Shown piece after piece: positions 45,379-55,184 of a stretch of DNA of 64,000 bases. How positions within the stretch are numbered: the stretch's first letter is position 1; the number at the start of each line of letters is the position of its first letter. Location of the stretch: positions 55,121 to 119,120 of the IMG/VR virus record IMGVR_UViG_3300017911_002159, one strand, 5' to 3'. The notes beneath the pieces were generated by a model that worked only from the letters and a program-made list of their open reading frames with translations, made no database searches and was not told the DNA's origin. Position numbers and translations under genes: made by a program. The DNA comes from a virus (taxonomy: Duplodnaviria; Caudoviricetes).

Positions 45379-47763
45379 ATGAAAAATTTTTCCAGTTTAA
45401 AAGAAGAAATTTGTTTAGAATGTAGTCTTACAGAAGCTACACAGGTTCCTACACCACCAATAGAGGGAGGTGTAGACGTAGAATCTTGGTTTAGATCATG
45501 CAAAATGCCTGAGTTTGGCACTCCTTTATTTTTAATTCTTTATTGGTATATGGCTTATGCTGGTGTTTATCTTGATCATGGAGAAGATTCTGAAAAAAGT
45601 TTTCCTGAGCAAAAAGAAGAGAGATTGAAATTTTTTTATGACATGGAAAGATTGGGCTGGTTAGATGAATATCCTCAAAGAAACCCTAATATTCAATGTA
45701 TTTCCAATGCTCTTGTAAAGGTTGTCAATACACCAATTAGTGCTTTTGACACTAATGAAGATCCTTTAAATAGGAGAACATATTCTTACGGTTCTTCTGT
45801 TGATTCTCCTATAGGAATTGATGTCAGTGCTCCAGCAGACTTTCAGGAGATATGGAAGGAACTTCCCGGTAATACCTTATTGATGAGAGAAGTTGAAAAA
45901 CAGGCTCGTCTTGATTCTAAAAGACATGAATCTATGACTCAACTTCCAAGACCTATGGTACAACGTATACGAGAAACTGATCCTTACAATCACCAAATAA
46001 CTTATGATAAACATTTTTTTAATCATATTCTTCAATCTATGGCAGATTCGGATGAAGTTTATGAAACAAATACTTTAAGAGATCCTGTCTTACAGTTAGC
46101 TATGATGGGTGATCCTAAGGGACCACAATATGCTAATATGCCAAAAATTAAATTTTCAAAAACAAGCTATGGCTCTGTTCATCTCCCGATTAGAGGTCAA
46201 TATGAACAAGGAGAACCAGATCGAATAACGTTAAATTATATCAGATATCTTTTTAATGATGGTCCAAATGGTGTACAAGGTTTAGCAAGAACATTAGCAC
46301 ACGAATTTAGACATAGAGCATTTAATATAATTTTTGATAATGATGAAATTTATAAAGAGATGCCACCAGAGCTTAAGCAAGGTGGTAAATGGTATGGTTC
46401 TTGGGGTGGAAACTATAATGGTGGTCCAGATATCAAGGGTGAAAATGGCGAAACTGTAGAACATGCTATGATTTATTGTCAAGATCAAGAAGATGTTTTA
46501 AATTCAAGAGCTGCTAGCTTTGTCACTTTCTTTAATCAAGACTTATATCCTCCTGCATATTGGAGAGATTTATATGCAAAGGTAAGTCAGGGTGTTGGTC
46601 GGTACTTAGCACAATTTGCTAAGGTGCCTACACGAAGACCTACTACTGGAATTCCACCGCATATTAAACTTCCCGATGCATCGCCAGAAGAAGTTAAAAG
46701 AAGAGCAGAAAAAAATGCAAAGGATATGGAAAAAAGACATCTTTTGCCAAAATTGCAATCAGATGCTGTTGTAAGAGAAATGTACAATAGATTGAATCTG
46801 TACGAATTTGGGTCGATCGATTATAACCCCAATAGAGCACAAACTATAGCAAGTATTATCAATAGACTTGATTCAGAAAGGGGTGCTATTGAAATATTCT
46901 TAATGTTTAGGTTTATTGCGTTAAAATTTTCTGGCGACAAGAAAGAAAAACAGTTAGTTCCTGCTCTCAAAAGATTATTGGGTGAGTGGGAACTTGAAGT
47001 CTCGATGAAAGGTAATTGGTACAAAGCAAAAATATACCCACAAAGAATGTTGAGAATTTCTAAAGCTGCTGGTGCTGATTTAGGTGATAACGAAGGTAGA
47101 CTTGAAGATTGTATTAAAAAATTTGATGAGTTGGAGAGAGAAATTAAGAAAAAGCATCCTGAGGGTTGGAAATATTTCTCTTACGATTATATCGAAAAAT
47201 ATTTAAGAAGAAATCCTGATTATGATCCCTTCAACCCTACTGGTGAGCCGACTCCTCCTGTAAATGCTCCTAAACCGGTAGCTCCGACACCGACAACACC
47301 GGTAACTCCTGCTACACCAGCCACACCAATTTCTTCTGGCAGAGGGACACCTGCTACTGCTCCGCCAGAAGAAAAGAAGAACCCTTGGGAAAATATTTTT
47401 ATTTCCAGTAGAAAAAGAAGAACAGGACCAAGACAACCATCTTCACCGACTACAATTGAAAGACCAGTAGACAAAAAGTTGATTGAAAAAATTCGTGACA
47501 TTATTGATAATATCAGAAAGGAAAAGCCTTATCTTGGCGATAGAGCACTTATAGCTGGTGCTGTTGTTGCTGTTGTTGCTGGCGGTTTCTTTGCTTTCAG
47601 AAAATATCTTTTTGATAGAAAGACACAAAGAGTTGCTTCTACGGTTCTACGTGACCCTAAGTCTAGAGATATGATACAAGATCTTAGAAAGCGTGAAAGA
47701 AGAAGAGTGCTTGAACTTTTAAAAGATAAAAACTTTAGAGAAAGAGTTTTAGCTGAAGTCTAA
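45379..47763 (+). CDS. zincin-like (HExxH) protein with CTS-like leader, Pro/Thr linker and C-terminal membrane anchor
   Basis: MKNFSSLKEE..SLTEA; TLAHEFRH; PTPTTPVTPATP; ALIAGAVVAVVAGGFFAF-RK; start moved out of the tRNA. Confidence 0.7.
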   Translation: MKNFSSLKEEICLECSLTEATQVPTPPIEGGVDVESWFRSCKMPEFGTPLFLILYWYMAYAGVYLDHGEDSEKSFPEQKEERLKFFYDMERLGWLDEYPQRNPNIQCISNALVKVVNTPISAFDTNEDPLNRRTYSYGSSVDSPIGIDVSAPADFQEIWKELPGNTLLMREVEKQARLDSKRHESMTQLPRPMVQRIRETDPYNHQITYDKHFFNHILQSMADSDEVYETNTLRDPVLQLAMMGDPKGPQYANMPKIKFSKTSYGSVHLPIRGQYEQGEPDRITLNYIRYLFNDGPNGVQGLARTLAHEFRHRAFNIIFDNDEIYKEMPPELKQGGKWYGSWGGNYNGGPDIKGENGETVEHAMIYCQDQEDVLNSRAASFVTFFNQDLYPPAYWRDLYAKVSQGVGRYLAQFAKVPTRRPTTGIPPHIKLPDASPEEVKRRAEKNAKDMEKRHLLPKLQSDAVVREMYNRLNLYEFGSIDYNPNRAQTIASIINRLDSERGAIEIFLMFRFIALKFSGDKKEKQLVPALKRLLGEWELEVSMKGNWYKAKIYPQRMLRISKAAGADLGDNEGRLEDCIKKFDELEREIKKKHPEGWKYFSYDYIEKYLRRNPDYDPFNPTGEPTPPVNAPKPVAPTPTTPVTPATPATPISSGRGTPATAPPEEKKNPWENIFISSRKRRTGPRQPSSPTTIERPVDKKLIEKIRDIIDNIRKEKPYLGDRALIAGAVVAVVAGGFFAFRKYLFDRKTQRVASTVLRDPKSRDMIQDLRKRERRRVLELLKDKNFRERVLAEV

Positions 47764-47766
47764 TAT

Positions 47767-48183
47767 ATGAATATGAAAATAGGGTTTACGTGTTCAACGT
47801 TTGATCTGCTACATGCTGGTCATATTATGATGTTGAGAGAAGCAAAGTCGGTCTGTGATCATTTGATAGTGGGATTGCAAGTAGATCCCACTATCGACAG
47901 ACCTAAAGAAAAGAATTTTCCCGTACAAAGTCTTGTTGAAAGATATGTGCAATTGTCATCGGTCGAGTATGTCGATGAAATCATACCATATCAGACAGAA
48001 AGAGACTTAGAAGATATTCTGCAGATGTATCCAATTGAAGTTAGAATATTAGGAGAAGAGTACCGGGAACAAGAGTTCACGGGCAAAGACATCTGCAGAG
48101 CCAGAGGTATAGAATTATATTTTAATAAGAGAGATCACAGATTTTCTACAACAGATTTGAGAAAAAGAGTCTGTGAGGTTTAA
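47767..48183 (+). CDS. glycerol-3-phosphate cytidylyltransferase-like
   Basis: STFDLLHAGH, ER..QL, VDEIIPY, R.H.FST. Confidence 0.9.
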   Translation: MNMKIGFTCSTFDLLHAGHIMMLREAKSVCDHLIVGLQVDPTIDRPKEKNFPVQSLVERYVQLSSVEYVDEIIPYQTERDLEDILQMYPIEVRILGEEYREQEFTGKDICRARGIELYFNKRDHRFSTTDLRKRVCEV

Positions 48184-48186
48184 AAG

Positions 48187-48212
48187 AAAAGGGAGCCGAA
48201 GCTCCCTTTTTT
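48187..48212. terminator. bidirectional terminator
   Basis: AAAAGGGAGC-CGAA-GCTCCCTTTTTT between convergent genes. Confidence 0.85.
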
Positions 48213-48216
48213 AATA

Positions 48217-48738
48217 CTATTCAGGTCTCTTCCTAAAAGGATTAAGGCCACCAAGACCAGAAATATCAAGGTTTGTAACTCTTTCCCTACCAGCAGCATA
48301 TGCATCGCCAGCAGCTTGACCCATAGCACCAACACCAGCACCGTATCTTGTTGCAAGGTTTTGAGCACCACGGAAAGTACGACCCATCATTCTTTCGCCT
48401 TCAGGTGCAGCAGCATATTCTGTGCCTTTAGGTGCAAATGCCAGAGGAGCAGCGGCAGCAGCCAGACCAGCACCGATGAGAAGTGCTTGTCTCAGACGAC
48501 GACGACGACGAGCCTTACGGCGGCCACCATCAGCTTCGTTCAGGTTGTCTTCATCGTCTTCCATGTCCATCTCATAAAGAGCTTCGTCCATCATCTGGGC
48601 TACAGCTTCTTCTTCTTCATCGGACATTTCATCCATCATTTCCTCTTCTTCACTTTCGTAAAGATGGCCGTAACGGATTTGCTGCATAGCTTCAGTAATT
48701 GCTTGGTAACCACGGTCACCACTTGTGTATCTTCTCAT
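48217..48738 (-). CDS. late protein: acidic pro-region, poly-Arg, hydrophobic segment
   Basis: AGGAG RBS; AITE/HLYE/ALYE/NLNE sites; RRKARRRRRLRQALLIGAGLAAAAAPLAFA. Confidence 0.7.
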   Translation of the reverse strand: MRRYTSGDRGYQAITEAMQQIRYGHLYESEEEEMMDEMSDEEEEAVAQMMDEALYEMDMEDDEDNLNEADGGRRKARRRRRLRQALLIGAGLAAAAAPLAFAPKGTEYAAAPEGERMMGRTFRGAQNLATRYGAGVGAMGQAAGDAYAAGRERVTNLDISGLGGLNPFRKRPE

Positions 48739-48783
48739 TTTTTTATTCTCCTATTGAAAAGTTAATTGCGCAATTAACAAGAG

Positions 48784-48791
48784 TATTTATA
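48784..48791 (-). promoter_or_regulatory. T4-type late promoter
   Basis: TATAAATA on minus strand. Confidence 0.8.
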
Positions 48792-48868
48792 CATATTGAT
48801 TCTAGAAAAATATCTTTACAAAAACATCTGTCTGTGCTTATTTAACAAAAAACAATATGGAGATATTT

Positions 48869-49315
48869 ATGATTTATATTTCTCACAGAGGTAATTTAGA
48901 CGGCAAAAACGTTTCTTTAGAGAACAAACCAGACTACGTAGAAGGTGCTTTAAGGGAAGGTTATGATGTTGAAGTTGATGTTTGGTTTCAGGATAACAAA
49001 TGGTATCTTGGACATGATGAAGCTACCTATAGAGTAGACTTCTCTTGGATCGATAAGCATCCACATCTTTGGCTTCATTGTAAAAACTTAGAAGCCTTGG
49101 CAAAACTTGCCGAAGAAGATGTTATCCATAACTATTTTTGGCACGAAACAGATAAAGTAACTTTGACATCTAACGCCTACATTTGGGCTTATCCAAACGT
49201 CAAAATAAATAGTGAATATGCAATCACTGTTTTGCCTGAACTCGATAATACTTTAGTTTCAGGTTTTGGTGGTATTTGTTCTGACGTTATAGAAAGCTAC
49301 AAAATTGGAAGTTAA
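48869..49315 (+). CDS. glycerophosphodiester phosphodiesterase-like protein
   Basis: ISHRGN, EN.P, DVEVDVW, LGHD, HCKN, GICSD. Confidence 0.8.
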   Translation: MIYISHRGNLDGKNVSLENKPDYVEGALREGYDVEVDVWFQDNKWYLGHDEATYRVDFSWIDKHPHLWLHCKNLEALAKLAEEDVIHNYFWHETDKVTLTSNAYIWAYPNVKINSEYAITVLPELDNTLVSGFGGICSDVIESYKIGS

Positions 49316-50657
49316 ATTAGTATTATTTGATCTTGATGGTGTTTTGATTGATGCAAAGGAAATTCATTTTGAGGCTCTTAATAAAGCTTTAGGGCCAGAG
49401 TTTGCTATTTCAAAACAAGTTCATCTAAATGTTTTTGATGGACTACCAACTTTGGCTAAACTTAAGTTATTAGCAAGAAAACACGGTTGGGACGAAAAAG
49501 AACAGAAAAAAATCTCAGAAGATAAACAAAAATACACTATCGAAATGATAGAGGATCTTGAGCCAAAAACTCATATTGTTGATCTTTTCAGATATCTCAA
49601 GAAAGAAAACTACAAAATTGGTGTGTGTACAAACTCAGTTAGAAAGACTGTTTTGACAGCACTTGCTAAAACTGGTTTGACACAATATGTCGATCTTGTT
49701 CTTTCTAACGAAGATGTACAAAATGCTAAACCACACCCCGAAATGTATTGGACAGCAATGTCTATGATGGGGGTTCTTCCTGAAAACACTTTAATCATTG
49801 AGGATTCGCCAAAAGGCATTTTGGCAGCTATCAGATCTAATGCAAAATATCTTAGAGTCACTGATCCTCATGAAGTAAATCTGTACAACATTCTTCCAGA
49901 GCTTAAAGGCAAACCAATGAAAAAAGTTTGGACCTCTAAAAAACTTAATGTCGTCATTCCTATGGCCGGTGCTGGGTCAAGGTTTGCAAATGCAGGCTAC
50001 ACTTTCCCAAAGCCTCTTATCGACGTTAATAATAAGCCGATGATCCACCACGTGGTGGATAACTTAGCCATCGATGCAAACTATATTTTTATTGTTCAAA
50101 AATCTCACCGACAAGAATATAATCTTGATACATTATTGAACATGATTGCTCCAAACTGCAAGATTATCGATGTAGATGGTCTAACAGAAGGGTCTGCATG
50201 CACAACTCTTCTTGCAAAAGAGTTTATTGATAATGATGATCCACTTTTCTTTGCAAACTCAGACCAACACGTTGTCTGGGATTCCATGAACTTCATGTAC
50301 GAAATGCAGGAAAAGAACTATGATGGCGGCATTGTGACTTTCAAAGCTACACATCCAAAGTGGTCGTTTGCAAAAGTAGATGAAAACAATATTGTGACAG
50401 AAGTAGCGGAAAAAAATCCTATTTCTGATAATGCAACAGTTGGTTTTTACTATTGGAAACATGGTTCTGATTATGTAAAATATGCTGAACAGATGATTGA
50501 TAAGGATATTAGAACTAATAATGAGTTTTATATCTGTCCTGTCTTCAATGAGGCTGTCGGTGATGGCAAGCTGATTAAGTCTTACAAAGCAGATGAAATG
50601 TGGGGCTTAGGCACACCAGAAGATCTTCAAAACTTTTTAATGAACTATAAGGGATAA
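49305..50657 (+). CDS. HAD phosphatase fused to sugar nucleotidyltransferase
   Basis: FDLDGVL, KPHP, IEDS; PMAGAGSRF..GY..PKPLI, LGTPEDL. Confidence 0.88.
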   Translation: MEVKLVLFDLDGVLIDAKEIHFEALNKALGPEFAISKQVHLNVFDGLPTLAKLKLLARKHGWDEKEQKKISEDKQKYTIEMIEDLEPKTHIVDLFRYLKKENYKIGVCTNSVRKTVLTALAKTGLTQYVDLVLSNEDVQNAKPHPEMYWTAMSMMGVLPENTLIIEDSPKGILAAIRSNAKYLRVTDPHEVNLYNILPELKGKPMKKVWTSKKLNVVIPMAGAGSRFANAGYTFPKPLIDVNNKPMIHHVVDNLAIDANYIFIVQKSHRQEYNLDTLLNMIAPNCKIIDVDGLTEGSACTTLLAKEFIDNDDPLFFANSDQHVVWDSMNFMYEMQEKNYDGGIVTFKATHPKWSFAKVDENNIVTEVAEKNPISDNATVGFYYWKHGSDYVKYAEQMIDKDIRTNNEFYICPVFNEAVGDGKLIKSYKADEMWGLGTPEDLQNFLMNYKG

Positions 50658-50659
50658 AA

Positions 50660-51337
50660 ATGGCTTTTATTCACGATGACCAACCACAATCGGTCTATGA
50701 CGCCTTCAATCATTTTATTTTTTCTTCTGATAGAAAGCTTTTTGGTAAACTAGCCTCAAAACTTGAGTTTATTGAAATGACGAAAGACATTCCGGGCGAT
50801 GTTGTAGAGTTAGGAGTGTTTAAAGGCTCTGGAATGATGGCATGGCTGAAAGCCTTGGCTACTATTTCTCTAAACCATAAAAATGTTGTTGGGTTTGACT
50901 TCTTTGATGCTGATAGCACCATTGAGTCTGTTCAAACATCTGATCAACAAGTCATGGAAAGTTTGTTTAAAGACAGAAACTTTGATCCTAAAGAAGGTTA
51001 TGATTTGGTTTTAGACGATATTCTTACTAATGCTGGTTTTGGCAACTATGAATTAGTAAAAGGAGACGTAACTGAGTCACTTGTTGACTATCTTGATGCA
51101 AATCCCGGCTTTAGAACTTCTATTGTAAACTTTGATTTGGACGTTGAAGAACCTACTGAAGCATGTTTGGAAGTAATTTGGGATAGAGTATGTCGGGGAG
51201 GCGTTCTAATCTTTGATGAATATGCAATCAAGCAGTGGACAGAAAGCAATGCAGTAGATCGGTTTATTGCAAAACACAATTTAACACTTAGACCAACAAA
51301 ATATTTTGCTCCATCTGCATTTGTGGTGAAAAATTAA
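50660..51337 (+). CDS. TylF/MycF-like O-methyltransferase fold protein
   Basis: PGDVVELGVFKG, GFDFF, VKGDV, D.D..EPT, GG.LIFDEY. Confidence 0.8.
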   Translation: MAFIHDDQPQSVYDAFNHFIFSSDRKLFGKLASKLEFIEMTKDIPGDVVELGVFKGSGMMAWLKALATISLNHKNVVGFDFFDADSTIESVQTSDQQVMESLFKDRNFDPKEGYDLVLDDILTNAGFGNYELVKGDVTESLVDYLDANPGFRTSIVNFDLDVEEPTEACLEVIWDRVCRGGVLIFDEYAIKQWTESNAVDRFIAKHNLTLRPTKYFAPSAFVVKN

Positions 51338-52200
51338 TGAAAATTGCTATTTGTATCAGTGGACAGCCAAGATTTGCTAATTTTGGGAACTATCATCAAA
51401 AGAAATTTGCAGATCTTCTTCCTTATGAAGTTGATTTCTACGTTCAATCTTGGTCCCAAGAGGGTGTTGAAGAGAATAGAGACAAACTTTTTGAGATTTG
51501 TGACCCAAAGGCGGTAAGAATCGATAATGGTTATGTTGCTTTAGAATATCCCGATCATTTTCATAAAAATAGGGGTTTATCTCAGCATTATGCTCACTAT
51601 CTGTGTATGCAGCAAATTAAAAACATTGATGATTATGATCTTATTCTAAGAACTCGTCATGATATTATGTTTAATACTGAATTTATGGATTATTGGGTAG
51701 ATTTGCTTCAATATGTAAACAAACATAAAGGAGTGTCTGGTGCTGGATACTACCCAGATTATTCTGATCACCCTCAGCTTTCTACTTTTACGAGTGGACC
51801 TTCTCATCGTGGTTATAGCAAATATCCTTCTTTTGACGATTGGACGATTGTTGCACATCGTGATCACTGGTCTAAGTTTAGGACTGACGAGACAAGATTT
51901 TTGGAGATTTTAGATGAAATGTTTCACAATGAGAGAACATTTCACACTTCAAGCACTTACGAAGTAGATGGTAAAAAGCATCCAGTCGTTATTCCGGAAC
52001 TTGTCTGGTACAACCTTACAAACTTAAATCTTGGAGACCCCTTTACAGTCGGTAAAGGGTTTGTTTACGCCGCTAGGCCAAGTCTAAAGAGTATTATCGA
52101 CAAACATTACACCCTATACACTCCAACTGACCTTAGAAATGCTTTGAAACGGGGTTGGCAGAATGGTTCAGCCGTTCTTCAATATAGCATCTTCTTGTGA
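51337..52200 (+). CDS. putative glycosyltransferase
   Basis: KIAICISGQPR, YDLILRTR.D. Confidence 0.6.
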   Translation: MKIAICISGQPRFANFGNYHQKKFADLLPYEVDFYVQSWSQEGVEENRDKLFEICDPKAVRIDNGYVALEYPDHFHKNRGLSQHYAHYLCMQQIKNIDDYDLILRTRHDIMFNTEFMDYWVDLLQYVNKHKGVSGAGYYPDYSDHPQLSTFTSGPSHRGYSKYPSFDDWTIVAHRDHWSKFRTDETRFLEILDEMFHNERTFHTSSTYEVDGKKHPVVIPELVWYNLTNLNLGDPFTVGKGFVYAARPSLKSIIDKHYTLYTPTDLRNALKRGWQNGSAVLQYSIFL

Positions 52201-52208
52201 TATAAATA
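52201..52208 (+). promoter_or_regulatory. T4-type late promoter
   Basis: TATAAATA. Confidence 0.85.
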
Positions 52209-52236
52209 GTCATGAATTCTTTTAAAAGAGGTAATC

Positions 52237-53223
52237 ATGATTTCCTACTCACAACTTACAGAAGAGTCTTACGTTAAGACGGCACTCGATTTTGAGTATC
52301 TTGCCGAAGAAACACAGCCGGTCAGAAAGGCAAAACGTAGTGAAGCTGAATTGACCAAAAGAAACGTGGCAAACAATAAAGCTAGAGAAGAAATTTCTAA
52401 GAATGAAGTTAAGATTGCTACAATTAAAAAGAACCAAGAGCAATACGTTGCTAGAATGGAAAGAGAGCGGGAAGAAATTTCTTCAGACAGATCCTTAGAA
52501 GCGGATCAAAGAAGAGCAAAAATTTTAAGACTCGAACAAATTATTGCTAGAGAAAAACAAAAGTCTGATTTGCAAATTAAAGAGCTTGAGCAGAGAAATC
52601 TGACACAAAGAGAAGAAATTAGACTCAGAACTGAACAGCAAAAACAAATTAATTTAGAGACTACAAAAAGACTTGAAGCAGAGCAGCAAAGAGAAATTAG
52701 AAAGGCTGAGCAATCCTTTGATGATCTGTTTCTAGATGCTGCAAAAGGGACTGTCAGAGGTGTCGGTCAAGCATCAGCTTATACAATCAAATCAATGTTT
52801 TCGTGGATTGCACAAAACCCTAGAGCAGCAGGTGGTGTGGGTGCTGCAATTGTTCTTGATCAAATAATCTTTAATAATGCTCTCATGAAAGCTATTCCTT
52901 TCATGCCCAAGAGTGGACTAATTCCGGGCTTCTTCAATTTCATTATTGGTAAAATTACCGGAGCTTTTAGTGCAATTACTACTGGTGGAATTTTAACAAT
53001 TCTTAGCGGTTTGATTACTCCAATTGCTATTTTAGCTGCATCTGGTGTTGGACTTTATGTGTCTTACCGACTTATTCGAATCTTTTTAGATCTTGGTGAA
53101 GCAAAGGCTATGCAAATTGCTAGAAAGCTTGAAACAGCTTCAGAGGAAGAAACAGAGGAAATTCTTCGTAAAGATCTTAAGTTAAATACACGTAATCTTA
53201 AAAAGCAAAGGGCGGCAGCATGA
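52237..53223 (+). CDS. coiled-coil plus multi-TM protein, leader MISYSQLTEE
   Basis: ~130-aa charged coiled coil, then long Gly-rich hydrophobic region. Confidence 0.65.
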   Translation: MISYSQLTEESYVKTALDFEYLAEETQPVRKAKRSEAELTKRNVANNKAREEISKNEVKIATIKKNQEQYVARMEREREEISSDRSLEADQRRAKILRLEQIIAREKQKSDLQIKELEQRNLTQREEIRLRTEQQKQINLETTKRLEAEQQREIRKAEQSFDDLFLDAAKGTVRGVGQASAYTIKSMFSWIAQNPRAAGGVGAAIVLDQIIFNNALMKAIPFMPKSGLIPGFFNFIIGKITGAFSAITTGGILTILSGLITPIAILAASGVGLYVSYRLIRIFLDLGEAKAMQIARKLETASEEETEEILRKDLKLNTRNLKKQRAAA

Positions 53224-53600
53224 AGACGTACAACAATATGCTCAACGAGATTGCACCTTTAGCTATCTCTCCAATGACTGCTTTTTTGGGTGTTGGTGCA
53301 TTAGCTGGTGCTTTTGTGGCTGTCAAAGAGCTTATTACAAGCACCATTAGAGGCGGCGTTAAGTTTATCATCAGAAACCCTATCCCTGTGGCTGTGGCAG
53401 CTTTAGCTTATGATCAGTATTTTCATCAGGGTAAGGGAAGAACAGCACTGTTTAAATATTTTCAGAAATCCTTCCCCGGCCAAGCTAAGATCTTTTATGA
53501 TGGTTTGGTAGATATTGTAGTGACAAAAGAAATTACTCCTGATAAGGTTGCTGACATGGTTACCAAAATTGCAGCCGAATTTGACAAAATGAAGGACTAA
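53220..53600 (+). CDS. membrane protein with leader MKTYNNMLNE
   Basis: CTS-like leader then AFLGVGALAGAFVAV. Confidence 0.65.
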   Translation: MKTYNNMLNEIAPLAISPMTAFLGVGALAGAFVAVKELITSTIRGGVKFIIRNPIPVAVAALAYDQYFHQGKGRTALFKYFQKSFPGQAKIFYDGLVDIVVTKEITPDKVADMVTKIAAEFDKMKD

Positions 53601-53601
53601 A

Positions 53602-54261
53602 ATGTTTGCGGTAAAAAACAAGTCTAACGAGACCTTAGTTTTTTACGATGTTCCAAAAAATGCAAGCACCACAATCAAGAAGCTTTTTATTGATCACCTT
53701 AATCTGAGTGATGAATACAGCTTCTTTGGTGAGGAATACATCGATCAAGAAACGGGTCAGAGAATAGACAATTCTGAAAAGTCTCAAGACTACAAGCAAA
53801 ATAAAGAAAATAAAAAAGATTTTCATGATTTTGCACAAAACACGTCCTTTCAGCAGTTTTCAGTTGAAGGTCCGTGTTACCGAATCTGTGTAGTAAGACA
53901 GCCTCTAGATCGTTTCATCTCCTGTTACAACCACTTAGTTCTAGTGAATAAGGAGATGGATTTTACTCCACATGAAATTCTAGATCACGTTGTATCAGGC
54001 AAACAGAGAAGCAACCACTTTTTGCCTCAAACTGTTTTTCTGGGCGAAAACAAAAGATACTACGATAAAATCTATAACGTTAAGCAGTTGGATATTCTTG
54101 AGAAAGAGCTTAATTCTTTCTTTGGGAATAAAAAGCCAATCGAAAAATACCAGACATCTGGTAGTTCTGTTGAGTTTCCTATCGATCTCGACAAAGATTT
54201 TATCGATAAGGTTCATGAGGTTTACGCCTCAGATTACAAGGCTTACGGAGAGTTTTTCTGA
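53602..54261 (+). CDS. sulfotransferase family protein
   Basis: VPKNASTT, VR.PLDRFISCY, HFLPQ, Y..DY. Confidence 0.8.
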   Translation: MFAVKNKSNETLVFYDVPKNASTTIKKLFIDHLNLSDEYSFFGEEYIDQETGQRIDNSEKSQDYKQNKENKKDFHDFAQNTSFQQFSVEGPCYRICVVRQPLDRFISCYNHLVLVNKEMDFTPHEILDHVVSGKQRSNHFLPQTVFLGENKRYYDKIYNVKQLDILEKELNSFFGNKKPIEKYQTSGSSVEFPIDLDKDFIDKVHEVYASDYKAYGEFF

Positions 54262-55184
54262 TGAACATTTGTTATGTAGCACACCGGTATTATCCTTATC
54301 CCGGTGGTACTGAATACTACGTGAAAAATCTTGCAGAGGAGACATTAGCTCAAGGTCATGATGTTACTGTTCTTGCTGCTCAAAATTATGGAGATCAGAA
54401 CGGAGTCCGAGTAACTGGTGATCTCAATATCTTGATCAATGAAAAATTTGATCTTGTTGTCGTTCATGGTTCCGGCGTTGCCATGCAGGATTCTGTCTTG
54501 TTAAATGCCAGACAAATTCCTTCTCCTATCATGTTTATGATTATTCGTCCGGAAGAATCTAAGCAAATTTTCCCTGCTATGGAAAACTCTGACTATATTG
54601 CTTGTTCTACACCTACGGATTGGCGGTTTGTTCAAAAGTATCGCCAAGATCACAAATCGGTTCAGGTCAATCATAGTATTAGTAGATTCGACAAGCCTCT
54701 TAATTCTGAGAAGCATAATCCCTACGGAGAGCCTTATGCTGTCTCTGTCGGCGGTTTTTGGTCCCACAAGGGCCATAAAGAGCTTTCTGAGGGCTGGACT
54801 AGCAAAAAGAAGCTTGTGATGACTGGTTATCATAAAGATCCACAATGGGTTCCTAAGTTGAAAGTGAACCAGCATGTCGAGTTTTTAGAGCACAAAGATC
54901 AGGTCTTAGAAAAAATTTCTGCAGCAGAAATTTTGATTCTTAACAGCATTTACGAGGGATTCGGACTGGTTCTGCTGGAAGCCATGTGGAATGGTGTTCC
55001 TTGGGCGTCCACACCGATTGCAGGTGCTGAGGTTCTTAAAGATCATGGGTTTGTCTATAACAACCTAGATGAACTCATGGACTACATTGATGCGGGTGAA
55101 TACATCAAAGGCGATAAAGAATTTATCGAGAATAATCATCTTACAGACACTACAGTCAAACAGATCGTAGGAGCAGTTCAGTGA
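54261..55184 (+). CDS. GT4 (GT-B) glycosyltransferase
   Basis: YYPYPGGTE, KG, EGFGLVLLEAM. Confidence 0.85.
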   Translation: MNICYVAHRYYPYPGGTEYYVKNLAEETLAQGHDVTVLAAQNYGDQNGVRVTGDLNILINEKFDLVVVHGSGVAMQDSVLLNARQIPSPIMFMIIRPEESKQIFPAMENSDYIACSTPTDWRFVQKYRQDHKSVQVNHSISRFDKPLNSEKHNPYGEPYAVSVGGFWSHKGHKELSEGWTSKKKLVMTGYHKDPQWVPKLKVNQHVEFLEHKDQVLEKISAAEILILNSIYEGFGLVLLEAMWNGVPWASTPIAGAEVLKDHGFVYNNLDELMDYIDAGEYIKGDKEFIENNHLTDTTVKQIVGAVQ

